Assembly: GCA_028826165.1 (NCBI GenBank) | Contig: JAPDFW010000078.1 | Location: 310,001 to 374,000, forward strand | Direction of reading: 5' to 3' | DNA: 64,000 nt | Source of the DNA: Anaeramoeba ignava BMAN | Taxonomy: Eukaryota > Protista > Anaeramoebae | In this document: one piece after another, positions 1 to 12,452 of the stretch | Numbering within the stretch: the first letter of the stretch is position 1 | How the letters are laid out: the number at the start of each line of letters is the position of its first letter | Made by a program: the position numbers and the translations under genes | Notes under the pieces: generated by a model | Databases searched by the model: none | Told to the model about the DNA's origin: nothing | The model's input: only the letters and a program-made list of their open reading frames with translations

Positions 1-1094
1 TTAGTGCTGATCTTTTTATTTATCCTGTTGGTGCTTTATCTTGTGGTGTTGCTGGTGGTTTAGTTTCTACTTTAGGTTTTGCTTATTTCGCACCAAAAAT
101 TGAAAAATTCTTTGGAGTTCAAGATACTTGTGGAGTTCAATTGTAAAAAATATTCAAAAACATGAAAAGAAAATATTCAAAAACATTTAAAATAATATTT
201 AAAATAATATTTAAAATAATATTTAAAATAATATTTAAAAATATTCAAAATAATATTTAAAATAATATTTAAAATAATATTTAAAATAATATTTAAAATA
301 ATATTTAAAATAATATTTAAAATAATATTTAAAAAAATATTTATAAAAATATTTAAAATATTATTTATAATAATATTTAAAATAATATTTAAAATAATAT
401 TTAAAATAATATTTAAAATAATATTCAAAAAATATTTAAAATAATATTTATAATAATATTTAAAAAAATATTTAAAATATTATTTATAATAATATTTAAA
501 ATAATATTAAAATAATATCCAAAAAATATTTATAAAAATATTTATAAAAACATGAAAAGAAAATAATTAAAATAATATCCAAAATAATATCCAAAATAAT
601 ATTTAAAATATTTATAAAAAAAATATTTATAAAAATTATATTTAAAATATTTATAAAAATAATATTTATAAAAATATTTATAAAAATATTTAAAATATTT
701 ATAAAAATATTCAAAAAAAAAAAAAAGCCTTCACGGATGGCCTGGAATCGTTGGAGGTCTCGCAGGAGTAATCGCAACAAAAATTGCTAATGAACACCCA
801 TCAAGATATTTAGCAGAAAGAAGTTTCCACGCATTCTTCCACAGAGGAGGAGATCAACCCGAAATTCAATTAGCAGCACTTGGAATAACACTCGGTATCG
901 CAATCTTTGGTGGATTGTTTACTGGTTTCATTTTGAAATTAGGAACACAAAATGCTTTGAATCCATTTAATGACTCCGAATTTTGGGAAGTTCCTCAAGA
1001 ATTCGGTAAAGAACCTCAACAAGACTCTTTCCCTGATCCCTCTGATTCTAAATGGGTTGATTATAATCCTTCTGATGGTGAGCAAATGATTTAA
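1..1094 (+). CDS. Rh/Amt-family ammonium transporter, 3' part (exons <1-142 and 728-1094)
   Basis: Removing GT-AG intron 143-727 gives ...GGLVSTLGFAYFAPKIEKFFGVQDTCGVQFLHGWPGIVGGLAGVIA...FNDSEFWEVP..., matching the Rh motif DTCGVhnLHGmPG and the C-terminal F.D..FW motif. Stop TAA at 1092-1094. Truncated by the window edge. Confidence 0.9.
143..727 (+). repeat. Intron filled with a 12-bp tandem repeat (AAAATAATATTT)n
   Basis: GT at 143, AG at 726-727; the repeat body explains the spurious ILNI ORFs at 177-428 and 496-780. Confidence 0.85.
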
Positions 1095-1269
1095 TTTCTA
1101 TCTTTTACATTTATTTTCCAAGTTTAATCTTAATCCACTTTTTTTTTTTTTTTTACTTTCTTTTTTTTACTTTTGAACTTCTTTTTTTCTCTTTTTTTTT
1201 GTCTTTCTTTTTGAATTCTCAAAAAAAAAAATTAATTCAATTTTTTTAATTCAATTTTTTTTAATTTTT

Positions 1270-3942
1270 TTAATTTAAAATTAAATCAATTATTGAATTT
1301 TGATTTAATTGATAATAATCTTTTAAATCTTCAAATTCTTCAAGTATTTGTTGTGAAATTGGATCTTTTCTAAATGTATCATGATAAAGAAAATAAACGA
1401 ATTGTTTTATTGTATCATTTGATTTTTTTGAATAATCATGAACTTGATTTGATGAATCTTCAACACTTAGAAACATTCCTTTATATAAATCACTTCTTAT
1501 TATTAATATTAATTTATGAACTTTGATTTCTTCTTTAACAATTATTGTGAAATCTTTTGTTTCGTTTTGTTCATATAATTTTTCAAAATCTTTTAATATT
1601 CCTCTTCTTCCACTTTTTGTTTGAATCCATTCTCTTTCAATTCCAATTTCTTCAAATAATGTTGAAATCATTTCATTTTCTTTTTTTAATTTATCTTTTA
1701 CTGAGTTTTGGAAATTTTTCCATGTTTTTTCATATTTTTTAATTACATCCCAATCAAATGATTGTTTTTGTCTTTCATCCATTAAATCATTCTCTTTTTT
1801 CAATTCTTTCAGTTTTTCAAATTGAAGAATTAAATCATCATAATCAGTAAATCCACTATAAAGAAAATTTAAAGCAAATTGAACAACTTCTTTTGGTTTG
1901 TTTTTGCAAATGTTGATAAATTTTTGAAGAATTAATTGATCATTGTTTAATCTTGATAATAAAATGAGTTTGTGAACTTGGAATTTAAAAGAATCGTTTG
2001 ATTCAATTTGTAAATCAAAAAAATTTTCATTCGATTTTAAAAATTTGTTTAAATCTTCATTCAATGAATAAATTTTTGGGAATGAATCCAAAATTTCATT
2101 TGTTATTTCTTTAGCTTTCAAATCAAAAATATTTGCATCATTCATCATTAACAATTTGATTGTATTATGATTTTTTTGTTCGATTGATATTGAAAGAGGA
2201 GTCTTTTTGTTGCTGTTTTGTGGATTTACATCAACATCCTTTTCAATAAAATATCTCACAATTTCAAATGGATCTTTTTTTGATTCACAAATGAAATGTA
2301 AAGGTGTTTGGTTTTCATTTGTCTTGGCATTGACATCTGCTCCAGATTCAATTAGGAATTTAATAATTTCAAAATCATTATCATTTGGATTTTGACAAAT
2401 ATAATGCAAAGGTGTTTGATTTTCATTTGTCTTGGCATTTACATCTGCTCCAGATTCAATTAGGAATTTAATAATTTCAAATTTATGTTGACTTTTATTT
2501 TGGCAAATATAATGCAGAATTGTTTCATCAATAACATTTTTAGCATGAATATCTGCTCCCTTTTCAACTAAATATTTCACAACTTTGACTTTATAATTCA
2601 TTTTACAAACCATATGCAAAGGCGTTTCCTCATACTTAGTCTTGGCATTTGTATCTAAACCCTTTTCAACCAACAACTTGATAATCTCAAATGGTTGATG
2701 ACTTTGGCAAACAAAATGCAAAGCTGTTTCATCCCTAATTTTGGCTTTGGCATGAATATCTATTCCTTTTTCAATTAAGTATTCAATAATTTTTCGTGAT
2801 AAATTTTCACTTTTGCAAACAATATGCAAAGCTGTTTCGTTTTCATACTTTGTTTTGTCATTGATATCTGCTCCTTTTTCAATTAAGTATTTAATGGTTT
2901 TAAATGAATTCTTTTGACAAGCAATAAGTAAAGCTGTGTGATGTTCACTGGTTTTGACATTGATATCTGCTCCTCTTTCAACCAAATATTTGACAATTAC
3001 AAACAAGTTTTTTTGGCGATAACGACAAGCCAAATGCAATGGAGTTTGTTCGAAATTGGTTTTGACATTGACATCTGCTCCTTTTTCAATTAAATACTTG
3101 ATAGATTCAAATCCAATTGGGAATTGACAAGCAAAATGCAAAGCAGTTTCGTTTCTTTTAGTTTTGGATTTAACAGAAGCTCCCTTTTCAATAAGCAATT
3201 TGATAGCAGAAAATGCTTTTTCTCTTTGGAATAAACAAACTAAATGTAAAGGTGTGTGAATTTGATCTTTTGTTTTGACTTTGACATTTGCTCCTTTTTC
3301 AATTAGATAACTAATAACACTAAATTCTTGAAATTGACAGGCAACATGTAATGGTGTTTCTTTTCCTTCATTTTGGACATTGATATTTGCTCCTTTTTCA
3401 ACTAAGTATTTGATAACATTAAAATCTTGAAATTGACAAGCAACATGCAAAGCTGTTTCATTTCTTACTTTTTTGGCATTGATATTTACTCCTTTTGAAA
3501 TGATTAATTTGACAAGTTCAATTGTATTTGTTGTTTGGTATCTGCAAATCAAATGAAGTGAATTTTCAAAAAAATATTGTGTTTTGGCATTGACATCTGC
3601 TCCTTTGGAAATTAGATATTTGATAATTGCATTTGCATTTTCTTTTTGACAGGTAATTAATAAAGGTGTTTCTTCATCATATTCTCTTTTGGCATTGATA
3701 TCTGATCCTTTTTGAACTAATTTTTTGATTTCTTTAAAATCTGAATTTCGACAAGCTTCATGTAAACCATTACCTCTATTACTCATAAATGAATAATAAG
3801 AGAAAACTTTTGGTTCATTTTCAACTTGAATTTCATTTTCAACTTTTTCTTTTTCTTTTTCTTTTTCATTTTCTTTTTCATTTTCTTTTTCATTTTCTTT
3901 TTCTTTCTTTTCTTTTATTACTTCAGTTTGTTGGTTTCCCAT
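1270..3942 (-). CDS. Ankyrin-repeat protein (about 16 repeats) with C-terminal tandem BTB/POZ-like domains, 890 aa, intronless
   Basis: Repeated ETPLH.AC...IKYLIEKGADVN motifs, then DLQI...FQVHKLILLSR and DFTI...IKVHKLILIIRSDLYKGMF...FVYFLYHD (BTB signatures). Confidence 0.92.
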   Translation of the reverse strand: MGNQQTEVIKEKKEKENEKENEKENEKEKEKEKVENEIQVENEPKVFSYYSFMSNRGNGLHEACRNSDFKEIKKLVQKGSDINAKREYDEETPLLITCQKENANAIIKYLISKGADVNAKTQYFFENSLHLICRYQTTNTIELVKLIISKGVNINAKKVRNETALHVACQFQDFNVIKYLVEKGANINVQNEGKETPLHVACQFQEFSVISYLIEKGANVKVKTKDQIHTPLHLVCLFQREKAFSAIKLLIEKGASVKSKTKRNETALHFACQFPIGFESIKYLIEKGADVNVKTNFEQTPLHLACRYRQKNLFVIVKYLVERGADINVKTSEHHTALLIACQKNSFKTIKYLIEKGADINDKTKYENETALHIVCKSENLSRKIIEYLIEKGIDIHAKAKIRDETALHFVCQSHQPFEIIKLLVEKGLDTNAKTKYEETPLHMVCKMNYKVKVVKYLVEKGADIHAKNVIDETILHYICQNKSQHKFEIIKFLIESGADVNAKTNENQTPLHYICQNPNDNDFEIIKFLIESGADVNAKTNENQTPLHFICESKKDPFEIVRYFIEKDVDVNPQNSNKKTPLSISIEQKNHNTIKLLMMNDANIFDLKAKEITNEILDSFPKIYSLNEDLNKFLKSNENFFDLQIESNDSFKFQVHKLILLSRLNNDQLILQKFINICKNKPKEVVQFALNFLYSGFTDYDDLILQFEKLKELKKENDLMDERQKQSFDWDVIKKYEKTWKNFQNSVKDKLKKENEMISTLFEEIGIEREWIQTKSGRRGILKDFEKLYEQNETKDFTIIVKEEIKVHKLILIIRSDLYKGMFLSVEDSSNQVHDYSKKSNDTIKQFVYFLYHDTFRKDPISQQILEEFEDLKDYYQLNQNSIIDLILN

Positions 3943-3985
3943 TTTTTTAAAAATTAAAATTAAAAAATAAAAATGAAAAATTTTT

Positions 3986-6732
3986 TTAATTTAAAATTAA
4001 ATCAATTATTGAATTTTGATTTAATTGATAATAATCTTTTAAATCTTCAAATTCTTCAAATATTTCCTTTTTGATTTCATTTTCAAATTTATCATGATAA
4101 AGAAAATAAATTAATTCTTGAATTGTTTCAAATGATTTTTTTGAATAATCATGAACTTGATTTGATGAATCTTCAACATTTAATTGAAACATTCCTTTAT
4201 ATAAATCACTTCTTATTATTAATATTAATTTATGAACTTTGATTTCTTTTTCTTCAACAATTATTGTGAAATCTTTTGTTTCGTTTTGTTCATATAATTT
4301 TTCAAAATCTTTTAATATTCCTCTTCTTCCACTTTTTGTTTGAATCCATTCTCTTTCAATTCCAATTTCTTCAAATAATGTTGAAACCATTTCATTTTCT
4401 TTTTTTAATTTATCTTTTACTGAGTTTTGGAAATTGATCCATTTTTGTTGATATTCTTTTATTTCTTCCCAATAAGACCTTCTCCAACGTTTTCCACTTA
4501 TTAAATCATCCTCTTTTTTCAATTCTTTCAGTTTTTCAAATTGAAGAATTAAATCATCATAATCAGTAAATCCACTATAAAGAAAATTTAAAGCAAATTG
4601 AACAACTTCTTTTGGTTTGTTTTTGCAAATGTTGATAAATTTTTGAAGAATTAATTGATCATTGTTTAATCTTGATAATAAAATGAGTTTATGAACTTGG
4701 AATTTAAAAGAATCATTTGATTCAATTTGTAAATCAAAAAAATTTTCATTCGATTTTAAAAATTTGTTTAAATCTTCATTCAATGAATAAATTTTTGGGA
4801 ATGAATCCAAAATTTCATTTGTTATTTCTTCAATTTTCAAATCAAAAATATTTGCATCATTCATCATTAACAATTTGATTGCATTCTGATTTTTTTGTCT
4901 TGCTGCTATTGAAAGAGGAGTCTCACCCAAGTTAGATCTTGAATTAATATGAACCCCTTTTTCAATCAAATATTTGATAATTTGGAATAAATTTTGTTCA
5001 TATTGAGAATCAATGCAAGAAAGTTTTTTCTCATTCTCTATTTTTGTATTTTGAATAATATCCAAACCATTTAGATTTTTGCAAGTTAAATGTAATAAAT
5101 TTTGATTATAAATTGTTTGTGCATAAACATCAGCACCTGAATCAACAAGAAATTTCACAATCTCAAAAGAATTTTCAGTTTTGTTTTGGCAAAGAAAATG
5201 TAAAGGTGTGTGGTGCTTTGATTCTGTTTTTGCATTAATATCAGCTCCAGATTCAATTAGATATTTGATAATTTCAAATGATATATTGATATTTTGGCAA
5301 GCAAAATGCAAGACAGTTTCATCATATCTTGTTTTATCGTGGATATTTGCTCCCTTTTCAACCAAAAGCTTGATAATTTCTAAAGAATGAAGCCTTTTAA
5401 AAGCGTTATGCAAAGGTGTTTCGCTATTTCGTGATTCGGCATTTAGATCCATCCCTAAATCAATTAAAAAATTCACCAGTTCAAATGTTGCATCTTCATT
5501 GCGACAAATATAATGCAAAGCTGTTTCTTGTTGGTTATTTTTAGCATTGATATCAATACCCTTTTCAACCAAGTATTTGATAATCTCAAGTGATGGTTTT
5601 CGTTTCCACAAACAAAATGCAAAATGGTTGAATTTTGTGCTGCATTTCTGGCATTGACATCTGCTCCCTTTTCAATTAAATACTTGATAATTTCCAACGA
5701 TTTATTTTCACACGCAATATACAAAGGTGTTTTCTTTTCTTGATTTTGGCAATTTAAATCAGCTCCATTTTCAATTAGATATTTGATAACATTGAAATAT
5801 TGAAATTGACAAGCGAAATGCAAAGCTGTTTCGTTTCTTTTGGTTTTGGCATTGATATCTGCTCCATTCCCAATTAAATATTTAATTGTTTCCATTTGAT
5901 TTTTGCGACAAGAAATAATTAGTGGTGTGCTTTTTTCTTCATTTTGAGCATTGATATCTGCTCCCTTTTCAACTAAATAACTAATAACATTAAAATGCTG
6001 AAATTGACAGGCAATATGCAATGTTGTGTTTTCAGGAAATGTTTTGGCATTGATGTCTGCTCCATTTTCAATTAGATATTTGATAATATTAAAATGTTGA
6101 AATTGACAAGCAAAATGCAAAGGTGTTTCTTTTCTTTTAGTTTTGGCATTGATATCTGCTCCATTTTGAATTAAATATGTGATAATATTGAGTAAATTCT
6201 TTGAGTTCCGATTTTGGCAAATAAAATGAAGTGCTGTTTCGTCTTTAATAGTTTCGGCATTGATATCTGAACCCTCTTCAACTAAATATTCCACAGCTTC
6301 AAATAGAAAATCAATCCTGTGATTTTGGCAAATAAAATGCAAAGCAATTTCTTGGTATTCATTTCTGGCATTGACATCTGCACCTTTCTCAATCAAATAC
6401 TTGATAACTTTAAATGAATTCTGGCTTTGACAAGCAATATGCAAGGGAGTTTCTTTGTATCTTGTTTGGGCATTGACATCTGCACCTTTTGAAATTAAAT
6501 ACTTCACAATTTCAAGTGAATTTTGTGTATGACTTTGACAAACTATATGCAGAGCAGTTTCAAAATCCGAATTAAGTTTGTAGTTGACATTAACAGTTTT
6601 CCCAAATGAATTTCGAATTTCTTGAAGATCTTGTTTTTGACAGATGGAAATTAAAAATTGTTTTGAGTTGTTATTAATATTATTTTCATTATTATTATTA
6701 TTATTATTAATTTCATTTTCTTGGTTTCCCAT
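3986..6732 (-). CDS. Ankyrin-repeat + tandem BTB protein, paralogue of 1270-3942, split by a 1-bp frameshift near 5595-5600
   Basis: ORFs 5473-6732 and 3986-5611 join mid-repeat: LHFVCGNE[N/K]PSLEIIKYL is restored by adding one base. Same MGNQ start and near-identical C-terminus as the neighbour; about 915 aa if repaired. Confidence 0.85.
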
Positions 6733-6807
6733 TTTGGAAATTGAAAAAAATAAAAAATGAAAAAATGCTTCATTTTAAATTTTATTTTGAATTTCAAAAT
6801 TCAAATT

Positions 6808-9399
6808 TCAATTCATTTTAGGATTAGGATTAGAATTAGAATTTGAATCTGAATCTGAATCAAGATTTGGAGTTGATCTAAATAGAATGAAAATAACCCA
6901 AAAATGAAGAAAAAGAATATAAAAAAACAGAAGGATTCTGACAAGAGGTTTTTTTTTGAGAAAAGAACCGATAGATTGACTAACGGAGTCTATATAATCC
7001 GCAGCCTTGATAACACGGATTGATTTTGAAGGGTGTCTTTCAAGAATGGTGTCTGGAATGAGGGAGGAAATTGGACGAAGACGTGTCTTATTGGCTTCAG
7101 GAATATCAAGAGGCTCCATTTGAGTAAAATCAATAACAACTGAATGATCCGCTTTTCGTTCGTGAACAAAATTATTTCCGTTGCTGTTATTGACAGCATT
7201 TGTCTTGTGATTGTTTTTGGAAAATTTAGACGATAAAGATCTACTTGTTTTTTTAGCTGTCAAATTCTGACTTTGTATTTTTTCAAGTTCGTATTGAAGC
7301 GCTGCTTTTTCCGAATTGAGTCTTTCAATAATAATTTGCTTTTCAAGGAGATTGTCTGTGAGCTGTCTCAATTTCAAGGTGAGTTCGTCTTCGTTTTCGT
7401 TTTGGTTCAACTGGATTTCTTTTTCCAATTTTTTGATTCGTTGATCCCGTTCGTTTATTTGCTGTTCAAGTTGTTCTTTTTGCTGTTTGATTTCTGAAGA
7501 TAATGACGTGATTTTGATTTTTTTGGATTGCAATTGATTTTCCAAAGAAGTCGATCTTTTTCTTTCATTTTCAAGTAATTTCTGTGAGTCCTCAATTTGA
7601 ATTTGAGTTCGCTCGGCAAATCTAACTGCATTTTCTTCAGCTTCGTTAAGAGAATTTTGCAAGTTTTCAATTGTAACTGAAAGTTGTTGAATTTTGATTT
7701 TGAGTTTTTCGTTTTCTGATTTCAAATGCGAAGAGTTGCTGTCGTTTGGCTGTTCCTTTTGGGAAGGTTGCGAATGGATTGAAAAAGCATCACTAATGTC
7801 GTCAAAATTCCCGAGATCCGAATTTGCTATTTTGTCGTTTAATTCGCTGATTTCTTTGTCTTTTGAATGGAGAACTTGAACTGCGCGGATTTTGTATTCT
7901 TGGTATTCCTTCTGTATTTCCTGCAGAGAGTTCTGCAAGTGTTCGATCTTGTTGGTTTTCTCCTCAATCTCACTCAAGCTTGTTTCGTTTTGTGTCTGCA
8001 AGCTTGATATTGTTTCTGTCATTTCTGATATATTTTTTTCGAAATGTGTTCTTTCACTATTTGAATCTTTAACAAAAGATTCGTTTTTATTTTTTTCTTG
8101 AGAAATTAGTTCGTTGAGCTTTTCAATTTCCTGCTTTAATTTCTCTTCTTTTTTAGTGTTGTTTTGATTTATATGCTCGATGTGGTTTTGATGTTGTTGT
8201 TTTAATTGCGATATTGTTTGTTGTGATGATTCTCTTATTTGTTTGTTTATTTCCTCCATTTTTTCCTTTTCTGTTAATAATTCTCTGTAAACTTGGTTTT
8301 TTGTTTCAATTGCTTGTTTGTATTCTGTTTCTGTGTCTTTTTGTGATTGTTTTTGTTGTTCTAATTGTTTTTTTGTTTCTTCCAATTCTTTTTCTATTTT
8401 TTCATAATTTCTTGTTTTTTCTTTAATGAGATTTGAAAGTCTTCGATTTTGTGCTGTAAGCATTTCTATTTTTTCTTGTATATCTTCTTCTTTTGATTTT
8501 TTATTTTTATTATTATTTTTATTATTTTTATTATTTTTATTTTTATTATTTTTATTTTTATTTTTATTATTTTTATTTTTATTATTTTTATTTTTTGAAT
8601 TTTGATTTTGATTTTGATTTTGATTTTGATTTAGATTTTGATTTTGATTTTTATCTTCATTTTGATTTTGATTTTGATTTTGATTTTGATTTTGATTTTG
8701 ATTTTGATTTTGATTTTGATTTTGATTTTGATTTTGATTTAGATTTTGATTTTGATTTTGATTTTGATTTTCATTTTGATTTTGATTTTGATTTTGATTT
8801 TGATTTTGATTTTGATTTTGATTTTGATTTTGATTTTGATTTTGATTTAGATTTTGATTTTGATTTTGATTTTTATCTTCATTTTGATTTTGATTTTTAT
8901 CTTCATTTTGATTTTCATTTTGATTTTCATTTGAATTTTGATTTTTATCTTGATTTGAATTTTGATTTTGATTTTGATTTTGATTTTCATTTTCATTTTC
9001 ATTTTCATTTTCATTTTCATTTGAATTTTGATTTTTATCTTGATTTGAATTTTCATTTGAATTTTCATTTTCATTTTCATTTTCATTTTGATTTTCATCT
9101 TGATTTGAATTTTCATTTTCACTTTCATTTGAATTTTCATCTAAATTTTCATTTGAATTTTCATTTTCATTTTCATTTAAATTTTCTTTCTTTGCTTTTG
9201 ATAATATCGCTGTTTGTTGATCCATTTGATTTATAAATTGTGTTGCCTTTTAAAATCCCAATTTTTAAAAAGAAAAAAAATAATAATTATTGATTTAAAT
9301 AAATTTATATAAAAAAGAAAAAGTTTTTTATTTTATCGAATTTTTTAAAAGATTCAAATATTATTTAATTTAATTTACTTTGGTAAAAATCCAAGCCAT
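6808..9399 (-). CDS. GOLGA5: Golgin-84-like coiled-coil Golgi tether with C-terminal TM (exons 9399-9379 and 9246-6808)
   Basis: GT-AG intron 9247-9378 gives N-terminus MAWIFTKATQFINQMDQQTA (golgin-84 M.W...AE.LLN.VDQ motif). Long coiled coil with LRQLTDNLLEKQ..IERLNSEKAAL.Y.LE and C-terminal RILLFFYILFLHFWVIFIL. Contains an in-frame NE/NQ/NK low-complexity tract. Confidence 0.85.
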
Positions 9400-9616
9400 T
9401 TAATTTTTAATTTTTAATTTAATTTTAATTTTAATTTTAATTTTAAATTTAAATAATAAAAGTTAAAAAAGAAAAAAAATGAAAAATGAAAATTGAAAAA
9501 AAATTTTTTCCTTTTTAATTTTTTTCGAATGAATTAAAAAAAGCAAAAAAAAAAACAAAAAATAAAAACAAAAATATTTTTTCATTTTTTTCCATTTTCC
9601 CTTTTCTTTTTTATTT

Positions 9617-12358
9617 ATGACAGAAAATCAAAATATTAATATTAATTTTGATGAGGATAATTTAGAACCAGAAAGTATATCAAGTAGTGATATTCTTGAT
9701 GAAATTGAAATTTTAAAAACACCAATTCAATCACCAGTTGAAATGCAAAGTCATTCAGAATCTGAAGAAGAAAATCAACTTGAAATTCAGAATTCATTAA
9801 ATTTTTCCAACTTTACAAATTTTACAAATTTTTCGTTACTTAATTCTCCTTCAGAATTACAAATAATAAATGCTATTTCTAAACATGTTGAATCAAATAA
9901 ATTTGTTGATATTAAAAAAGATGATTTAAATATTCCAAAAAAAAACTCAATTAAAACAAATATTGAAGGTACACATTCGTGCTTAACTCTTTATAAGCAA
10001 AATGAAATTTAATTTCAATTATAAAATGAATTTCAATATTAATTTTAATTTCAATTATAAAATGAATTTTAATTTTAATTTCAATTTCAATTATAAAATG
10101 AATTTTAAATATAAAATGAATTTTAAAATGAATTTTAATTATAAAATGAATTTCAAAATGAATTTTAATTATAAAATGAATTTCAAAATGAATTTTAATT
10201 ATAAAATGAATTTCAAAATGAATTTCAATTATAAAATGAATTTTAATTATAAAATGAATTTTAAATATAAAATGAATTTCAATTTCAAAATGAATTTTAA
10301 TTTTAATTTCAATTTCAAAATGAATTTTAATTATAAAATGAATTTTAAAATGAATTTTAATTATAAAATGAATTTCAAAATGAATTTTAATTATAAAATG
10401 AATTTTAATTTTAATTTCAATTTCAAAATGAATTTTAATTTTAATTTCAATTTCAAAATGAATTTTAATTTTAATTTCAATTTCAATTTCAATTTCAATT
10501 TTAATTATAATTTTAATTTTAATTTTAATTATAAAATGAATTTCAAAATGAATTTTAAATATAAAATGAATTTCAATATTAATTTTAATTTCAATTATAA
10601 AATGAATTTTAATTTTAATTTCAATTTCAATTTCAATTTCAATTTTAATTATAATTTTAATTTCAAAATGAATTTTAATTATAAAATTAATTTCAATTTC
10701 AAAATGAATTTTAATTTTAATTTTAATTTTAATTATAAAATGAATTTTAAATATAAAATGAATTTTAATTATAAAATGAATTTTAAATATAAAATGAATT
10801 TTAATTATAAAATGAATTTTAAATATAAAATGAATTTTAATTATAAAATGAATTTTAAATATAAAATGAATTTTAATTATAAAATGAATTTTAATTTTAA
10901 TTTCAATTTTAATTATAAAATGAATTTTAATTATAAAATGAATTTTAATTTCAATTTCAAAATGAATTTTAATTATAATTTCAATTTCAATTTCAATTTC
11001 AATTTCAATTTCAATTTCAATTTTAATTTTAATTTCAATTTTAATTTCAAAATGAATTTCAATTATAAAATTAATTTCAATTATAAAATGAATTTCAATT
11101 TCAATTTTAATTTCAATTATAAAATGAATTTCAATTATAAAATGAATTTCAATTATAATTTTAATTTTAATTATAAAATGAATTTCAATTATAAAATGAA
11201 TTTTAATTATAAAATGAATTTCAATATTAATTTTAATTTCAATTTCAAAATTAATTTTAATTTTAATTTCAATTTCAATTTCAATTTCAATTTCAATTTT
11301 AATTATAATTTTAATTTCAAAATGAATTTCAATTATAAAATTAATTTCAATTTCAAAATGAATTTTAATTTTAAAATGAATTTCAATTATAAAATGAATT
11401 TCAATTTTGATTTCAATTTTAATTTTAATTTTAATTTCAATTTTAAAATGAATTTTAATTTTAATTTTAATTTCAATTTCAAAATGAATTTTAATTATAA
11501 AATGAATTTTAATTTTAATTATAAAATGAATTTTAATTTTAATTTTAAAATTAATTTTAATATTTTAAAAAAGAAGATAATGAAAATAATGAAAATAATG
11601 AAAATAATGAAAATGATGATAATTATAAAAATGATGAAAATGATGAAAATGATGATAATGAAAATTATGTTGATAATGAAAATGATAATGATAATGAAAA
11701 TGAAAAAAAATTAAACAAAATCAAACGACGAAAAAAATTAGCAAAAAGAAGACAAACACAAAAACACGAAAAAGAAATATTGCAACAAGCCTTTATCGAG
11801 AACCAAAACCCAAATCCTATTGAAATGGAGCGATTAGCCAAAATAATCTGCTGGGATTATCCAAGAGTAAACAGATGGTTTCACAATAATAGGGCAAGAA
11901 CACCCAAAAAAGTAGCAGAACAAATCCAACAGAAAAAAAGAGAATCAATCGTTTCTTTATTAGATGGAAAAATTGAACAAATGGTCGAGCAAACAAAGGA
12001 ATTCACAAATTTATTGCAATTTTTATCAGAAAAAACTGCCAAAATTCACTCCAAATTTTTAACCGTTTCAAATCTTCTTGATCAACCCCAATTTTCTTTG
12101 GGTTTTGACAACAAAAATAGTAATATTCTTTTCGATTCGCAAAATGATTCTCCTTCAATCCAAAAACAAATGGATTATTTCATTCAATCAATAGAAAAAA
12201 TTCCTGAAAAACTTGCAAAAAAAAGTGAAAAAGAAACAAAATCAACTCAAAATTCAAAAGAAAAAACACTTTCTCAAATGCAAAAAATACTAAATAATCG
12301 ACCTCGAATTAACCAAAACAACCCAAATAATCAAAATAATCAAAAAAAGAAAATTTGA
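9617..12358 (+). CDS. Homeodomain protein (exons 9617-9968 and 11574-12358)
   Basis: Phase-1 GT-AG intron 9969-11573 joins the two ORFs in frame. Exon 2 encodes KRRQTQKHEKEILQQAF..NQNP....MERLA....WDYPRVNRWFHNNRAR (helix-3 WFxNxR). Confidence 0.85.
10002..11560 (+). repeat. Intronic hexamer-phased microsatellite (AATTTT/AATTTC/AATTAT/AAAATG)
   Basis: Lies inside the homeobox intron; produces the artefactual 570-aa MNFNYK ORF. Confidence 0.9.
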
Positions 12359-12452
12359 TGATTTTGATTATTTTTGTTTTAAATTGTTTTATTTGAAAAA
12401 AAAAATAAGAAAACTTTTGAAATTCCAAATTCCATTTTTTTTTTTTTGGATT

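Noticed and set aside
10002-11714. 570-aa MNFNYK ORF
   Set aside because: Hexamer-phased repeat inside the homeobox intron; open only because the units lack stops in that frame.
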